DNA of 63,239 nt, filler included, from Reticulomyxa filosa (GCA_000512085.1; 14 parts of 14 records of this genome joined end to end with filler, not necessarily neighbours in it), one strand, 5' to 3'. Counted from the whole stretch's first letter, positions 1 through 13,845 are shown. The notes: a model not told the origin generated them from the letters alone. Program-made: numbers and translations.

Positions 1-40
<40 letters not shown>

Positions 41-152
41 CTTTGGAAAGCAATTCTTTTTTTTTTTTTTTCTTTTTTTATACGTTTTCTAATAACACAA
101 AATCGTTGGACATTAACAATTAAAAAAAAAAAACTAAATAAAAAAAATAAAG

Positions 153-662
153 GTGTATGGAACCCGAACAACAAAGAAATTCCAAAACAATGCTGGAAAC
201 CTTATGACCAACATGTAACAATGAATCTCACATCACAATGGTTTGGCCTGATCCGAATGGGGGTCGCAGATTTCCAAGGCTGGAGCACGCAGTCTTGGCA
301 ATCGTCGGACTTGAAGCCGGGACAATACTTTTCGGTGTCGTTCATAAGTGACACAGCCCACGGAGTGGCGCACTGGCAGCACTGGTATGTAGACCTATCG
401 GACTCGCTGTCTTTCGTGCAAGATGACCACTTGCCCGCGAGTCGTAACTCTCCATTTTTCGTTATCAATCCTTTATTTTTGAGAAGAGACGTGGACCCAC
501 ATTCAATTGGTTTGGTGCCAGTTTTTTTTTATTTTTTGGAGAGTGTGAGAAGACAAAAAAAAAAAGGGGGATGATACATATACACATATAAAAAAAAATA
601 ATCAACGTATATACATGTAATTTTTTTTTAATTAAAAAAAATCAAAATAAAATAAATAAATG

Positions 663-694
<32 letters not shown>

Positions 695-1128
695 GGTAAA
701 AATCGCTTGACTGATATCGACCATGGATTGAATGAATATTGGATGGACGATGAATCGAGAACAGACATTTTCTCGACACGTTCCGGAACGTGGGGAGTGT
801 GCTGGTGTCGAATGCGATGCACCGTTCCAACAGCATCGACGAAGCGGACTTGTTGTCACCGTGGAAAGCAATTGGTGTGTTGGTGTGTGACGACATTATC
901 GGCAACGACGTGAACAAGCACTACGTCTTGTCACACCAGTTTGCGACCACCAACGATCATAATGCCCTTCCTCCACCCGTGGCTTTCTTTTATAATTCCA
1001 CTCGCCATGTCCGTTGTCCGATTCACTGTCGTCACTTGGACGATTGCACCAATTTGCTGCGTTGGCAATCGCCCACAGCCTTTCCATACCATGCTTTTTA
1101 CCCTTTGTACATTGAATGCAGCAGTTAA
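153..1128 (+). CDS. Hypothetical protein, 5'-truncated, multi-exon (exons ~153-507 and ~696-1128)
   Basis: Acceptor after an A-rich tract at ~152 opens ...VWNPNNKEIPKQCWKPYDQHVTMNLTSQWFG.... GT donor at ~508 and acceptor taaag at 695. Exon 2 reads through only if one A is added near 753 (DDE/IENRHFLDTFRNVGSV...). No family recognised. Confidence 0.5.
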
Positions 1129-1238
1129 ACTTTGGGGGGGGGGAGGAGGGATGTATGAGTGGTTCCCTTTTTTTTTTTACTAACATAAAACAAGACTTTG
1201 TGTGTATTATTTGATGCAAAGACCACCCAAAAAAAGCA

Positions 1239-2551
1239 ATGAGAGATGACACACAATCTTTTCCTGGAGTACGTATATCAAAACGAAGACATCTCCAAGC
1301 AGCTCCTACTTCTCAACCGACCACTAAAAGCCCTACCAATCTACCGACGACCACCAAAAGCCCCACCAATCTACCAACGACCACCAAAAGCCCAACGACC
1401 AAAAGCCCCACCAATCTACCAACGACAACTAAAAGTCCAACCAAGAATCCAACGACCAAAAGTCCAACCAGTCCACCAACGACCAAAAGCCCCACCAGTC
1501 CACCAACGACCACTAAAAGCCCAACCAATCCACCGACCACCAAAAAGCCAACCACACAGCCAACCAAAAAGCCAACCACACAGCCAACCAAAAAGCCAAC
1601 CACACAACCAACCAAAAAGCCAACCACACAACCAACCAAAAAGCCAACCACACAGCCGACCAAAAGGCCAACCAAGAGACCATCAGCCTCACCAACCAGA
1701 CACCCGACCCACCCGCCGACAGGTCACCCTACTTTTGTGCCGACCGGTGTCCCAACGGTGACGCCCACGAACAATCCCACCTCCTCACCCGTTATTTCTC
1801 CGACCAATGCTCCAACTAACTCACCGACTAAAGCTCCAACTAGTGCAGGTTTGCAAAACTTTGCAAACACCAAAAAATACATATTTATATATACGTATAC
1901 AGTTACATTTTTAAAAAATTAAACAGATAGTCTGAAAGGGAATTCAAGCTTAAGCGACTTGTATAATTCGAATACAATACTTATTTTCCTCGCCATAATA
2001 CTTGCATTGGTTGTGGCGTTTTGTTGTGGTGCTGGACTTGTCTATTGTCTATGTGTCAAGAGACTGCAGAATGAAAGAGGTCTTTGTTTTTATCCCCTCC
2101 CCCCCTTTGCTGAGCTTTTTTTTTTTTTTTTTGGAACAAAAGAATGAGGCAGAACAATAATGCACGAATAGATCGTTGGCTGCAACAAGCAAAAAATCAA
2201 ACAGTGGTATTCGATCGTGTCTCTGATCGTGTCTCCAATCGCGTCTCCGTTCAGCTCGAAAAACCCTCAATTGCCGCTCAAATCGAAGGGGCAAATGCTG
2301 ACAATAGTATCATTGCTGGCAATAACATCACTCCGGAAATAGATATTGTCCCTTTTGGCGAATCCAATGGCACTGCTTTGCAACAATCTGATCAACCAAT
2401 CTTTCATGACTCTCGAGGAGAAATTCAATCCCAAAAAAGAGAACACAGAGAAAAAAGAGACGATCACTTTTCTTCCAGTATTCGAGATAATGCGGCTGTC
2501 AATGATTTATTGATAGAAGATGTCATTTTTGAAAAGGTTTCGCCAAGATAG
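1239..2551 (+). CDS. Pro/Thr/Lys-rich mucin-like single-pass membrane protein (3 exons; true start unresolved)
   Basis: PTTKSPT/PTKKPTTQ repeats. Intron 1849-1926 (GT..AG) joins in frame to a hydrophobic helix ILIFLAIILALVVAFCCGAGLVYCLCV followed by KR. Intron 2080-2142 leads to a cytoplasmic tail but needs one extra A in the AAA at ~2074 to stay in frame. Confidence 0.75.
1315..1700 (+). repeat. Coding tandem repeats (~24-nt CCAACCAAAAAGCCAACCACACAR and ~27-30-nt TTKSPTNLP-type units)
   Basis: Directly visible tandem units encoding about six PTKKPTTQ copies and several TTKSPT copies. Confidence 0.9.
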
Positions 2552-3042
2552 TGTGTTAAACTTATTTCATTTGTTGTCAATACATTTTTGATAATCCAAT
2601 CGCAAAAAAAAAAAAAATACAGAAGTCAAATACAAAATATCAAAACACTTTTTTTTTCTGGTTTTTTAGAAAAAATTTGTATAATGTTGTTATGTTCACC
2701 AATTTGTACAGAAAGGATAATTTATTAATGATCCTTTTCATTGTTTTTTTTCATTTCTTTTTTTAATGAGCTCCAGGTAATTCAAAAGAAAATGCGTTTT
2801 CACTGTCCAAAGAAATGCCATAGCTACAGACAAAAGCTTTTAGCTACCCTTTTTCTATTTTGTTTGTATCATAAATTTAAATGCTTCACTCTTTTTTAAA
2901 ACAAGATGAAACTCAACTAATTGTTCCAAATTTTTTATGAAACAACTGTTGCAGTTTTCATATTTTTGTAGTAAAACTTCCACGGTTCAGACTATCCCAA
3001 ATTTTTAACTTTCGAGGAAAATATATCCATAGAATTTCAAAA

Positions 3043-3599
3043 ATGACAGATTCCAAAGTTGCCTCAACTAGTGAAGATATCGAAATGGAACAAGAATTGA
3101 AGCAAGCCTTTTCGATGTTCGATAATGATAACGACGGGGAAATTACCTCAGTTGAGCTTGGCAAAGTAATGGAGCAACTAGGCCAAAAGCTAACAGATCA
3201 AGAGTTGGCAGACATGATAAAAGAAATAGATGCTGACGGCAATGGTACACAATCGTCTATTTTCAAAGTTGCAAATGCTAGAAATAAACTCTTCTTTTTT
3301 CCTCTTATTTTAAAGGAAGTGTTGATTTTGAAGAATTTAAATCAATGATGGCAAAACAGTTGAGTACACATCATGATGTCGAACAAGAGCTTCAGACAGC
3401 ATTTGAACTAGTAGATAAAGACCACGATGGTAAATTATCGGCAAAAGATTTAAAAGAAGCAATGAAATCATTTGGAGAAGATATCAGTGATGAAGAAATT
3501 AGCGATATGATCCGATTCGCAGATCAGGACAATAGTAGCCGTGAATTTGTCAATTTTGAAAGCTTCAAAAAAATAATGTTAGCTGGGGACGGCTTTTAA
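3043..3599 (+). CDS. Calmodulin-like EF-hand protein, join(3043..3244,3316..3599), 161 aa
   Basis: EF loops [24 protein letters not shown] (restored by removing GT-AG intron 3245-3315) and [12 protein letters not shown]. The fourth loop is degenerate ([15 protein letters not shown]). Confidence 0.9.
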
Positions 3600-3864
3600 A
3601 TTGTATTTCTTTTTTTTGGTGCAAAAGCCTAAATTGTTTTGTATCAAACACTTTGACTATCAAAGTATTTTCAAAACATATGTTGATGGACAATTTCTTA
3701 AACAGCATTCCAAAATATTAATGCTTACAAAATACCAACGTTAATTCCCAAAATTTTCTAAATTTGCTTCTAAATTGTGATTTAGTGATCACAACAATAA
3801 ACTCAGAACCTTTTTTTTGTTGATCAAAGTGGTGAATTGTTATTTATTTATTGAAGTATTTAAA

Positions 3865-6800
3865 TTATCTGCTTGAATTACATGTGATCCGCATCCTTAA
3901 AAAATTGTCTTGGAGTCTTTGGAGATGAACATAAATTAAGGTTTTCTGAATTCGAATTGTTGTGTCAGCCAATACATTTTTTAAGAACAATTTTTTTATA
4001 CCAGAAATAGTGTAAAAGTTTGCACATGTTTTAGTAAAATCATGTATCAATCTTTTCATTTTATTTAGTTTGTAAGGAGGAAGGAAATTGAAGAATATTG
4101 AATGTAACAAATCTAAAGTGCAAGAGAACCGCTTTTGTAAGGAACTCGAACAAATTGTCTTAATCCGTCTTGAGTGGTGCATGCTTCTGGGACTCACAAA
4201 GATAAAACATACAACTTGATTGAAGTTGATCTACAAAACTTGTCAACAAGAATCGGAAGCAACCGTGAGTGAACACGTTTGTATCGTTGTAACATCTTTT
4301 AGCGTGAATCTACAACAGATAACTTGTTCGTTATTTACCAAAAACCACAAAGCATCATTAACATACACCATAGTCAAATCAGTCCAATTTTGACTGAGCT
4401 GTTTCATATTCAACTGCAATCGTCTCCAAAAATATCCTTTTCAAGAAGAACAAAAGTTTAGATTAATAATTTTTGGTCAAACAAAGAAATACAAATGTAA
4501 TATATATCAAAAAAGCCAAATTTTTAACCAAATACCTGCTTCATCAAATATAAATAGTTCGAGCTCTTTAGATAACACCAAAATAAATTTGTCATGCACA
4601 TACACGCACCAAATCTTTTCGGTCTGTTTTAATGGTAGTTTAATACGACAACGATAAGCATCTCAGGGTGGGGAAATTTGAGTTGATTATGTCAAACACA
4701 AGACATGTTTGCACTGGCCCCACTGCTCTTTACTTCACTATCACAAAACAAAAAGAAATTTTAAAAAACTTGGAGGTCCTGGAACCGGTTCTGGACATGG
4801 GTCCACAAAATCCCAAAACTCTTGATCGATTGCCTTGCACAAATACCAATCGGCATGATAAAGTTCATTATTTTCGCAAATTTTTGTAGCATTAACAAAT
4901 GCCCTTGTAATCCGACCACTTCTTGTTCGACGTAGAGCCAAGTTTGTTGAAAAGTTGTGTTGTTTTGTGTTTGGCTGAGATTTTTGTCGGCTACTGTTTT
5001 GCAAGCATTTTGGCAAATCGAATCGCAATAAATCCAAAGTTTTGGAGTTATTGACATGCCAACAAATACCATTGCAACTCAGTTGGTGCATTCTTCCTGC
5101 AATTTTATTCTTTTCAGTCCACTCTATTCAAAAGTGAAAAACAAAACAATTGTTTCACTATTACAAATTGGGAAAAACACATATTAACGTTGCCATAAAT
5201 TTGCAATCTTTTCTAGTGGCAACTGTGAATACTCAGCAGCATTTATTTCATCTCTGGGATACGTTTCATCATCTATTGCATAAAGACATTTGCATTCTTT
5301 GTAAACAGTGTTTTTATTTGAAATGTAAAACGAGCACAGGTCAAAAGAAAGAAAACAGCCGACCTGAAAATACAACCACCGCATTTCGTTCGCTCCCTGC
5401 GTTTACCTGGTTGTCAAAAACATATTTTGCGTTCAATATATGGATTTCTGCTGGGGAACTCAAATATAAATTATTACAGGACAATTGTGCGGTTGTGGCT
5501 TTCAAATTATGGGCACAAAAGCATTGTGACTTTTTATTATTCAAATGCCATCTTTTTTTTTTTGACTGTCAGTTTGTACAAAAAAAAGTGATTAGCTGTG
5601 TGTGATGAAGAGCTTAACAGACACAAATGTGCGCTTTCTGTCATGAACACGACATGTGAGAGCTCTTGAGATATTTCGATGAGCACCACACTACTTGACA
5701 CTGTGAGTTCGGCAACAACTTTAGCTCGGTACAAAATGGCATCTGTTTCGCAATACCAAAAGTAAAAAAAAAAGACAAAAGCAATAAAAATTACACGTTT
5801 TATTATCCTTACTTACCACTATTGGGATCATCAGTTGTGGTATCGTTGAGGTCAATTGTTTTACTTTCTGATTGAGGGGACAAAGAATAATCCGTCTTTT
5901 TCAACCCACGAATTCTCCAAACAACCACTCTCCCACCACTCTTCAAGCTGTTATTACCTCCCACAGCGATGAGATTACCTCTTACGCTTTGACACAAAGC
6001 TAAACCTCGAAAGGTCAAAGATCTCATTTCTGAAGGAATGTTGTGCGGACTGGTTTCATACAACTATTTTGGTGGTCAACAAGGAGTGTTTTTTTTATCT
6101 TTCTTTCTCTTGCACAGAACAACGAAAAAGGTTATGTCAAAATTTGATTGGCTGACAAAACTCAGAAACACTCCATCTTTTTGCTTTTTTTTTCTGTAAA
6201 AAGAAAAAAAAGAAAAAAAGACATAACAAAAATTTTTGATTGGGTGGCCGAATTAAAAGCGTGCGCTTCAGGCATTTGAGAAATAACAATTAATTTTTTG
6301 TTCAAATTCGATGGAATACAAACACCAATTCCAGTCAATTTGTAGTGCAGCCCAGCAGATTTGTTGTCAGATAACTGTGATGTTCCATCATTGATTAACG
6401 TTTTTACCAATGGAAACGACAATGCTTTTCTTCGCGGCTGTGATACCAAAGATGAAAGGGTCTTAGCTTGTGATAATAAGGAACTATCATCAATTGATAT
6501 TTTCGATTGCTCTTTTGGGGAAATATTTTGGGAAACTTGCGGGATTTTCATATTGAAATAGGTGGCAACATAACCCAGGAACAGAGCTGGTTCTTTATGT
6601 GGACACGCAAATCCACTAAAATAAGTCGTCAGACAATAATTCCCCAGGAACAGATTCACCATCCGTAAGTTTAATAGTGCCTTTAGCTCCAAAAAATCTT
6701 TTTTTGTTCAGTTTTTTCTCTTGAATGTGTTCGATCTCAAACCAATCATTAAGAGAAGAAAAAGGTTTATTGTAAAACGAAAAAAACATACCAAAAATGC

Positions 6801-6921
6801 AGTGAATTACGGCTGTTGGAACTTTCAAAAATTGGTGTACTTTAGGTTTTGTCAATGATACCCTTCTTCGTTTGCTTGGAGCTGCTGACACTCTTTTTAC
6901 AGTTCTGGAGGTAGTGTACAT
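3865..6921 (-). CDS. F-box protein with probable beta-propeller C-terminal region, many exons
   Basis: ATG at 6921. Splicing the first intron gives FLKVPTAVIHCIFDFLELKALLNLRMVNLF (F-box pattern LP..I...IF.FL....L.....V) after a basic KRRR stretch. Downstream minus-strand exons are beta-rich (LIAVGG...GRVVVWRI). Not all junctions were resolved. Confidence 0.65.
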
Positions 6922-7546
6922 TTTTTTTACACTTCGTTCCTTTTCCAAAAAAAATGAGGCAAAATCGAGAATGTTCCGTTTATTGCGTGCTCTTTACACT
7001 CGAACAAGTATTGTTTGTTGTGGTGAAACGAAGTTCACTTGTCGCTCGGGTAACTTAAATTTTTTAAACTTTTTTTGAAAAAGTTATGCATCTTCACAGT
7101 TTTTCGGTCCGTTAGCTAACAAATAGAAATAAAAATGATATCAATACTTAAATCTTTAAATCCCAAAGGAGTTTTTAATTCCAACTTGATGTAGAAAATC
7201 TTTTCAACTCTTCTCTTACTTTCAGCACATCAAGCTATTGACCGGTGTTATCAAACTCTTTTCTGCTTCATATTATGCAAATTTAGTGAAACCCCCAATA
7301 TGGATCAATGATAATTTCTTATTAGTCTTTTTTATTTGACGTACAGAAAATTTCATTGAGTACATGAGTGAAACAGGTTTTTCTTTATCAAGTTTTTTTC
7401 AATTTGGCGTGTTAATATAACAAGCGAGAGAGCAAAGCTCAATTTTGTTGAAAGCAACATTGGCTTCAAACTCAGCACAATCAAAATTGAACACAAACAA
7501 GTGAATCATCCGGTAAACTCAAGAAAACAATAGTTTGTTTGAAACC

Positions 7547-8700
7547 ATGAGTAACTACGAAAATGGAGGGTACGAAGACCGAGACCGTGACAGAGATCGA
7601 GACCGTGACCGAGACCGTGATCGAGACCGTGGCTATGAACATGGTCGTGACTATGAACGTGGTCGTGGACGTGGCCGAGGACGCGGTCGTGGACGAGGAG
7701 GAAGAGGACGTGGAGAAAGCCGCGGACGTGGACAAGGAAGAGGACGCGGGGGAAGCCCACGTGGACGTGGCTTTGCGTTTAGTAGAGGGCCAAGCCGTGG
7801 ACGTGGCGGTGGTGGTTTCTTCAGATTCCAAGACCGCCCAAGAGATGGTGGTGATTTCTTGAGATTCCAAGACCGCCCAAGAGGTGGTGGTGGTTTCTCA
7901 AGATTCCAAGACCGCCCAAGAGGTGGTGGTGGTTTCTCGAGATTCCAAGACCGCCCAAGAGGTGATGTGCCATATGGCAATAGAGGAGGAAATAATAACC
8001 TACAATTTGATAAAGTTATTTTTTTTTTTTTTTTAACGACAAAGCGCACTTTGACAACTGTGTCGGATTATTTTACATCTCTTTTGTTACATTAGCAGTT
8101 TTTTTTTTTAATAATTTCGCAAATGTTTTCTTGCTTTCATCGGGTCATCTTTTGTTAAATGATAGAAAATTTTTTTTTTTTTGAACCAACTTACAATGAG
8201 AGAGAGACTTCTCAACAAACCTTCAAAAGTAAAATGTTTTGAGAAAACTATTGTTTGGTTTATAATTTGCCATTTGTATACGTTTTCAAATTTGTTTTTG
8301 CTTGCTTTGTTTGTTAAAGCCAAATTACGATCGGCCATTTGGAAGCCGTGGCCGTGGTCGTGGGGGACGTAGTCGTGGCCGAGGTTTCGGAGAAAGAAGA
8401 TTCGACCCAAATCGTGGTGATCGCCCAGACAGAGACATATTTGATCCTGATCGCCGAGGCCGTGGTCGTGGCCGTGGCCGTGGGCGTGGACGTGGACGTG
8501 GGCGTGGATTTGGAGGAAATTTTCCACGCGACCGTGACCAACAAGGAAGAAATTTCAATGGTTATTCCCGGGGCAGAGGCCCACGAGGCAATAGTCGGGG
8601 ACAACAATTTAAACCTGTGTCTGTGTATGAACACAGAAATCGTGATAATATTGATGAACATGAAGAACAAGATGCGCATCAAGCGTCAGGAGGCTATTGA
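7547..8700 (+). CDS. RGG/RG- and RD-repeat low-complexity protein, join(7547..8014,8320..8700), 282 aa
   Basis: (DR)n tract, two RG/RGG tracts and four GGGFxRFQDRPR repeats. Phase-0 GT-AG intron 8015-8319 links the two ORFs in frame. Confidence 0.8.
7803..7965 (+). repeat. 39-nt coding tandem repeat, about 4 copies (...GGTGGTTTCTCNAGATTCCAAGACCGCCCAAGA)
   Basis: Four near-identical units are visible. Confidence 0.9.
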
Positions 8701-9448
8701 TCCAATTACAACGATAGAAAAGAAAAAGGCAAGTAATAGACTATGCTCACATTTTGTTGTTGTGAGGAAGAAAACATTTGTGTTTGAATGATCTCAAAAA
8801 AACTCGTTATGCCAATCACTCTAACGGTGGCCTACTTTGTTTTGATGTACAGATTAGATGCACTCATTTTTCGTTTTGGCTGAATACAATCAAGAGTTGC
8901 AGCCTTGAGAGAGGATGAATTAAAGAGGGGGAAAAAAAAACAACAATGTGTGCTTTGTTTGGTGCCATGTTTTTTTTTCTTCGTCTATTTACTTTTCTTT
9001 TCTTTTTATTTTTTTTTTTTGAAGTCTGAGAGAGTGGTCACCTTTGTGTTCGATTTTTGCTGTTCACTTGTTGTTTTTTCGTTTGGTGGAAAAAAAAGAA
9101 TTTTTGCGAGCCAAAAGTTGCTTGTAACTCTTGAACAATAAGATGCCAAAACTGACAGGAGAAACTAACGTAAGTGCACGTTTGTGAATGTGAATTTTTT
9201 CAAGATAATGATAATGGAGTTAAAGCATTCTTGTGTTGTTTTTGTTTTATTTGTTTATGTTGTACGGCTTTTGAGGTCTTTGTTATTTCATCTTTTATTT
9301 TGATAAATGTAATGACTTCTCTTTTTGACACAAGAAAAAACTTGCACGCTACCAAAATTTTCTTCTAAAAAAATATTTTTGAAATAACCTAAAACCCAAC
9401 GGAAAAAGGAAAGCAATTGTTTTGTCACAAAACAATAAATAGTAGTTT

Positions 9449-11073
9449 TCAGTTTTTCTCTCGTTCAATTGGTATCGTAAAACCTTGTCCGATTTGTATG
9501 TTCTGGTCTTCAGCTGGGTGTACACTTATTTGCATAGCGAGATTATAGTTTGTGTACATCAATAAATCGCAGGATAGCGTTATTTCGACTTCAAATGTAC
9601 AAGGATTGTGTTTATCTATTATCAATTCCATATTTGAATTTCTAGGGAGGCTGTAAAAACTAACGTAATTTTTGAGTGGCATGTACGTGTCTTTTTCATT
9701 GTCTTTATCCTTTTTATTTTTAGGTGTGTGAGCGATCATCACTCGAAAGACAGGAGACAATATCTTTGTAAGTAATGGAATTACATGGCCAGTTATCTGA
9801 AGAGAGTCACATAAACAACAATCAATAAGCGAAATAAAAGAAAAAAAAATTTTCAAAGAATAGAAGCATAACTCGCAAATGGATCGGAGACAAAAAAGGT
9901 AAAACCAATTTGGTACAAGGCTTATTTAGAATGATGAGATGTTTTAAAGAGGTCTGAGCGAGTGTTTTAGTGGTTTGGGTAAGGACTAATTCTTTCAGTG
10001 TTTCTTCATAATCCGTCCATGGAGTGCAATTTGTAGAGGGACTCCAGTTGTCGTTGCCATCGAAATAATAAGCATACATCCGCGCTGTTTTTGTCCAAAA
10101 GGTTTGATTGTGGTCTTGAGTTTTTGGGCAAACGGTTGAGTCCAACAAACCGTTGGATTGACAAGTTTCTTTGATCAATTTCACTAAAGAATGCATCCAA
10201 AGAATGAACTGTTTCAATGCCTTTCTCTTGTGCATTGCTGTTTGACTTGATCTCAAAGAGAGTAGTTGATGCCACAGATGTAAATAGTATTCAATGTGTG
10301 TGAAGTTTGGATTAAGATTCAATCTAGGAATGTCTTGTGTTGAAAGAGAGCTTGACATCTCTCGAATAAATGCAATTTCCAAATGTTGCAACACAAAATG
10401 ACAGATCGAAAACAATTCCAAACTCGCACAAACGTGTTGACTCATTTGCTTGCCAAATTTTTGAAAATTGTTGATTAATTCGCCCAACAAACTTTTTTAT
10501 TTGTGTTTGTAAAAACAAACAAAAATCAAAAAAAAAAAGAAAAGAAAAAAAAAACAAAACTGAAAATTGCACTGTTTTTTATCACGAAATAGTGCCTCCA
10601 TTTTTTGATGAAGTTGACTCAAAGTAAGAACAGAGTCAGTGGAAGTAAGTTGGTAAAGATGTGTCAGTAATCCGTTTTCCAACGAGTTGTCGTTAATGTT
10701 CACAGTGATATCGGTACAAATATTGCAAAGGCCATCCGAGGTTTCCATGAAAGGCGATGGTTTGGTCACGCTTGTTGCCCACTCCTTTTTTAGCTCTTCT
10801 CGTGACTGCCATAGCATCTCATCCCACAAAGGCTTTTTCAAAGACGAATTACCGTCATTATGTTTGTTATCGCCATTGGCACAGTGAGCGTTGTTGTTCA
10901 TTAGAGTGGAGGCACTCCGAGAGTTAGCGTTATCACGATGTGCTCCCTCCAAAGGCTCCACGCAAAATCCAAAGCAAGAAGGACGATATTGCCAGCACTC
11001 GCGGATGAACTTGATCCAATGTGAGGGGATTTTACTTCGCAAATAGGTATTGCCACTTGCACTGTAATATAAC

Positions 11074-11112
<39 letters not shown>

Positions 11113-13315
11113 TAGGGATTGTTGATTTATTGTAATATTACTACTTACTTACTCACTTCAAAAAAAAAAAAAAATGATAATAACGTGCACATACGTATAC
11201 AACAAAACTAATTGCAATAACGAAATGCCGCGAATCGGACACAGATAACGTAGTGGTTTGTTCTTGATGGCGAAGGAAGCTAAAAACAGGCTTGCATTTG
11301 AGTACGTTTTGAATGAGTGTCTCGATAACCGCCTCTAACATGTGACAATATCTATAACTCAACGACGCAACAGTGCGACACAAGAGCAAAGTATCCGACG
11401 GATACTTGCGCAAGTTGTGCAAGACCAATTGTTGGAGCAGCGACAGTAATGAGTTGGGTTTACGCAAGGACAATCGAGTGATAACACGATAGGCGCAGTG
11501 GCGAGTATGTATCTGCTCATCTTGAGTTAGCATTTGAAAGACAGCTAAACAATGATCCCCAATGCAAATAACTTGCTCTCCTTCTTTCAATAGTACCTCA
11601 AAGCCTTCCAATGCCAACATGCGAATACGCGAATCTTCGTCATTCAGCGCATCCGTAAGTAGTCCTATCACTCGGCTGGTCACGTCGTTTGGAGTGTTTT
11701 TCATAAGTACGTTGGCAAATAGCACCACGTCGTCATTGCCAGATACTTGCTCCAAGTTGTTGTCTCCACACTTTGTTGTTGACTCCTTTTTCCCCTCTTC
11801 TTTCACACCACTGCTGTTCTCCGTAGTTTTGGCTTCCGACTTTTGCAATTCATTATCATTCGTGTGTTCATCATCACCAGTTGTTTTTGTCTCGTCAGCT
11901 CTTCCAGAGTCTATCGCGTCCCCTTCTTCTTCATCCAAATCGTCTTGGAAGTTCGTTTCTCCCACCCATTCACCTATTGTTCCCCACCCATCCCCCTTCT
12001 TTCTCTCTCTCCCTCCTTTTCTTCTATCCAAGTGACTCTTTTTTTTTTTTTTTAATGCCTCCGAATCTTTTGTATATTAAAACTCCTACTCAACTCGACG
12101 CAAAACATTTTTTTTCTCCCTCCAAACTTAACGGTGCAATTTGAAATGCATTTTACAAAATGCCACCATTGCCTCTGTGTTGTCAGTTATATTGATTCAC
12201 ATAAACATAAACATATATACATACACATGTGTATATATATATATATATATACATATATGTATATATAAGAGACAAAAAAAAAAAAAAAACTGATAGCAGC
12301 AGCTCGAACAGCGGCAATTTCATCATCCAAAGCATTGGCAAATAACCCACACGAGGTGCGGAGTAAGGACTCGACGTGAACAAGCATGTAAGGTTCATTG
12401 GGCTGGACATCTTGACAACTGAGGCGATTACGTATACCGAAAGTCATTTTCGCATCGTCCAGGAACATCTTGCTCTTCATAAAAAACAATCGGCCATTGA
12501 TATGATCCACCATCATCGCCGAGGATTGTGGTTTTTGTCCCCCCTTTGAATGTTGTTGTTGTTGTTGTTGTTGTTGTTGTGATTGTTGTGATTGTTGGAG
12601 CTGATGGGATGGATACAACAATTCAATCGAACTCGTAGAGGATGGAGGGATTCCTTCGACTCGCAGCAAACGCAAAGGCTTGTGATGAAATAACTGAGTC
12701 CATTGATTCAAGGAAAATGTGATCGCATTTGATTCTTTGTAATCGAGATTTGGAGTCTGTGCAAGCATGGTGCACAGCTGCAAGATGTGGCGGAATACAG
12801 CAACGCGATTACTGTTGCAAGTGTCTTGCATCCCTACTTGTGAAAACCATAGCAAAAACAAATGGTTAAAAGTCAATGGTTTGCGTGGAATTTTTTTGGT
12901 GTTGGTCATTGAATATGCAATCACCAAGTTTGGATCGTGTACAAACCATTGGTAAAATGACTTGATACTTATCATTCGCACGCTGTCATTTGTCTCCGTC
13001 TCCATCATCATCAATATATGGTATACACAATACAGCTTGTAGCTATAAGGCAACCTTGCCGACTCTTTTGCCAAATACAAAAGTATCGAGTTCGACAATA
13101 TTCGGATCGTTTCGTTTGTGTCGTTTAAATACCCATTTATCTCATGAATCACTCTTTTTTTTTTTAATTTGTTTGCTTTTTTTGTTTTTATTTTTTATTG
13201 CACATCAAATAATAACTAACCTGACAGGGTCTTTTGGACTCAACACGCCAGAAAAATTTGTTGCTTTGCAAAATGCTGTCAGGAGTATCTCAAACTTGGA
13301 TTTTTGTATTTCCAT
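9449..13315 (-). CDS. INTS4: Integrator complex subunit 4-like HEAT-repeat protein, multi-exon
   Basis: SCGLFANALDDEIAAVRAAAI, LLTDALNDEDSRIRMLAL and NLRKYPSD occur in the same order as recalled INTS4 motifs (ACGAFVHGLEDE..EVRIAAV, FLVDMFNDE...VRL, NLTKYPTD). Candidate ATG at 13315. Confidence 0.75.
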
Positions 13316-13845
13316 GGCTCCTCAGCTTATTATTTCGATTTTCTATTGTTTTTTTTTTCCCTCCTCAATTTGATGCTATGAACGGGGGTGGTGTTCACTT
13401 TTGCTTCGGCCACTTAAAAAGTTTTTGTTTTCGTTCGCTTTTTTTTTTTTCAGTTATTTTACCTTCAACAGCAAAAATACTCCTGACAAACTCTTTGAAA
13501 AGAGCGTAGCGTTTAATTATTTGAATTGCGTATTTAAAAAAACCATTCTAATCCTGAAAAGAAAACAAAGCTGTTCGAAGCATATCAAGAAATCAAAACA
13601 CGCTTTAGTTTGCTTTGAGTATAGAATATAAACGACGGTTTTGGAGCTCTTCTCTTTTTTTTTTTTTTTTTTTTTACCTAAAGTGGTTTCTTTGGGGATT
13701 AATATTCGGGTTGTAAAAAGCAAAAAAAAAACCATGTTCGGTATATCGATGCCCAGGAAACAAAAAGAAGAAATCAGAAGACAAAAGAGTAGAGAAGCGT
13801 ATAGTTGTTGAGTGACGAAAGCGTGTCAAAAAAAAAAAAAAAAAA

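Noticed and set aside
1246-1761. Alternative-frame and antisense ORFs over the mucin repeats
   Set aside because: They are by-products of stop-free tandem repeats.
7481-8791. Overlapping ORFs in several frames across the RGG gene
   Set aside because: Low-complexity repeats lack stops, and only one frame splices coherently.
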